This document shows positions 12,124 to 14,302 of a stretch of 14,302 nt of DNA, piece after piece (position 1 is the stretch's first letter; the number at the start of each line of letters is the position of its first letter). The stretch comes from Salpingoeca rosetta (Eukaryota > Protista > Choanoflagellata). Location: the NCBI GenBank assembly GCA_033442325.1, contig JAWQFM010000004.1, positions 47,708-62,009 of the forward strand, written 5' to 3'. The translations under genes were made by a program, and so were the position numbers. A model generated the notes under the pieces. That model made no database searches. It was given only the letters and a program-made list of their open reading frames with translations, and was not told the origin of the DNA.

Positions 12124-12205
12124 GACGAAGGGCTGAAGGGAAGGAAGGAAGGAAAGGAAGGAAGGCAAGAGAAGGAAGGAAGGAACGTGGCACGCACAAC
12201 CACCA

Positions 12206-12236
<31 letters not shown>

Positions 12237-12563
12237 CGAACCAATGACACATTCCCTCACCCCACCTCACCCCACCTCACCTCATCTCACCTGCCTGTCA
12301 GCAGCGACGACGACCATGATCACCATCACCATTCCCATCACCATCACCATCACACACACACCAGCTGCTGCGCAGAAGAAGAAGAATGAAACAACGGCGA
12401 GTGGATTGGTTGGTTGGTTGGTTGGAAAGCAGAATCGGTTGTTTGCTCGTTTCTGCTTGTTTGCTGCTGGTTTTTGGTGTGTGTGCGATTTTCCTCTTCC
12501 TCTTCTTTGCTTGCTGGCTTGCTGCTTGCTGCCTTGATAAATGGCTTGTCTTCCTCCACCTTC

Positions 12564-12682
12564 GGCAACGTTCATACCAACGGGATCACGCCCGCTCTCG
12601 TCCGATCGCGGAAGCTAAGCCCGTTTGGGCCCGTTCAGTACTGCCGTGGGTGACCAGGCGGGAATCACGGGTAATGTTGCTC
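12564..12682 (+). rRNA. 5S rRNA: 5S ribosomal RNA gene
   Basis: ~119 nt with eukaryotic 5S landmarks CATACC, CTCGTCCGATC, GAAGCTAAGC, AGTACT, TGGGTGACC and GGGAA. Helix I GGCAACGTT/AATGTTGCT, helix II CCAACGGG/CCCGTTTGG, helix III CCGC/GCGG, helices IV-V CCCGT/ACGGG and CTGCC/GGCGG all pair. Confidence 0.96.
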
Positions 12683-12685
12683 TTC

Positions 12686-12693
12686 TTTTTTTT
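12686..12693 (+). terminator. RNA polymerase III oligo-dT terminator
   Basis: T8 run immediately after the 5S 3' end. Confidence 0.85.
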
Positions 12694-12913
12694 CTCTCTC
12701 CCATATGGTTAGGGTTAGCTGTGCTGCGCTGGTTGCTGTGGTGCTGTCTCTCCTTCACTTCCCTCTCCTCTTGGCTTGTTACTTGGTTCGGTTTACTTCT
12801 TCTTCTTCTTCTTCTTTGCTTGCTGACGTGCTTGCTTCGAGGTGAAGAGGTGGTGGCGTGTGTTGGCTCATCTCCCCTCCCTCTTGTTGCTTGCCCTCAG
12901 CGCTGCTTTTTTT

Positions 12914-12963
<50 letters not shown>

Positions 12964-13162
12964 CTAGCTGACATCGTGTCATCTCAACGCGTTTACTTCC
13001 ATGCACTGACGCAGAGGAACCAACCACACACAGGTGTGCTGAACTAATGAACTAGTGACAGAGCTGATCTTGGTTACGCTGTTAGACATCTTCCTCCTCC
13101 TCTCCTCCTCCTCCTCCTCCTCCTCCTCATCCACCTCCTCATCATCATCGCACGCAAACACA

Positions 13163-13395
13163 TCACATGGGGGCATTATCCTTGGCCGCCTTTCGTCGGT
13201 GGGCGGGGGTGTTGCACCATACAGACTCCTGCATCACATCGTGTGGCGTCTCATTGGGCGTGTCGTACGCCAGCCCTTCCACTTGCATCTTCCCCCTGCG
13301 AGCATTTGCGTGTTTGTGCGCATGAAGGTGTTGGTGGTGGCAGCAAGATGTTATGTGAGGTGACCGCGCTGATTCGCACCCCTGCGCACGATCCC

Positions 13396-13468
<73 letters not shown>

Positions 13469-13806
13469 AACACACACACCTGCCAGGCGTTGTCGCCGCT
13501 GAACAGGTTGATCCTGGCAGACTCCAGCAGCGCTGACAGTAGCAAAAAGCACAGTCATGATACACGAGTGGGCAGATGGTGAGAGTGGTTGAATGGACAC
13601 GAGAACACGTGAGCAACGCACACATCACACCATACTCCCCATACTCACTCAACAACTCCTTGTCCCAACGATACACTCCCTCACCTGCGTGCACCTGGGT
13701 GGAAAGGGACTTGAAGAACTCCTCAAACACAAACACAACGCGTCTCTGCATCATCTCCACCACCTCATCAGGGATCGACCGCAGGATCCTCGGAAGCTGA
13801 ACGCAG

Positions 13807-13865
<59 letters not shown>

Positions 13866-14137
13866 TGTGTGTGTGTGTGTGCGTGTGTGTGAGCGACGTG
13901 ATGTGCAAGCCATCACCAACCACAATCCCCACTCAAACCACATCACCCCCTCACGCATCACTTCACATCCCCATGTCACCGATCTGTCACCACACCTCGA
14001 GGAGCCTGTGCTCGGGAATGCGGATGCTGAACGTCTCCCAGTCCAGCAGGTCCTGGTAGGGCTGCAAGAATGCAAAAAGCAAACACCAGAACGTCACATC
14101 GCAGCGCCATGAGCGACGGGAGGGTACATCTCCACAC

Positions 14138-14175
<38 letters not shown>

Positions 14176-14248
14176 AGTGTCATTCATCCATACGCACCAG
14201 CACGTAGTGATCGACGACAATGACGGGGATGGCACCCGCAGCCATGAT
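13163..14248 (-). CDS. Exostosin family (GT47) glycosyltransferase, 3' part; the gene begins beyond the right edge of the window
   Basis: In-frame GT-AG exons: 14248-14198 IMAAGAIPVIVVDHYVL, 14061-13996 PYQDLLDWETFSIRIPEHRLLE, 13796-13685 LPRILRSIPDEVVEMMQRRVVFVFEEFFKSLSTQVHA, 13532-13480 LLESARINLFSGDNAWQ. These match the exostosin motif AGCIPV..D...LPF...DW..FS..IPE...L..IL..I. The last exon is uncertain (stop at 13351, 13251 or 13163). Confidence 0.88.
13808..13891. repeat. (TG)n microsatellite, read as (CA)n on the gene strand, just before an exostosin 3' splice site
   Basis: Ends about 10 nt from the CAG acceptor at 13799-13797. Confidence 0.95.
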
Positions 14249-14302
14249 CTATGAGGCATGAAAGGGGTGGCAGGAGATGGAAGGTGGGTGAGAGCACGAA
14301 CA

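Overview
Eukaryotic, GC-rich, intron-rich genomic DNA full of (CA)n/(TG)n microsatellites. The style and the 'GEKHPSTA' TPR family suggest a choanoflagellate such as Salpingoeca rosetta (inference). Intact elements: (1) a two-exon minus-strand gene (6756-6377 + 6136-4462, 684 aa) encoding a HET/TIR-like N-terminal domain, six 42-aa TPRs and a C-terminal PH domain; (2) a solitary 5S rRNA gene (12564-12682) that folds fully; (3) the 3' exons of an exostosin/GT47 glycosyltransferase gene (minus strand, right end). The TPR gene is surrounded by degraded, intron-containing gene fragments: ubiquitin-activating enzyme E1, FANCD2, an unidentified high-GC3 coding segment and WD40-like exons. The window also has a 3 x ~176-bp tandem repeat and a 100-N scaffold gap. 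Most ORFs in the supplied track are microsatellite or antisense artefacts. The best candidate for an under-described system is the HET/TIR-like + variable TPR + PH protein, which resembles an innate-immune or cell-death receptor without the NLR ATPase. All homology calls come from motif recognition by eye, not from database searches.
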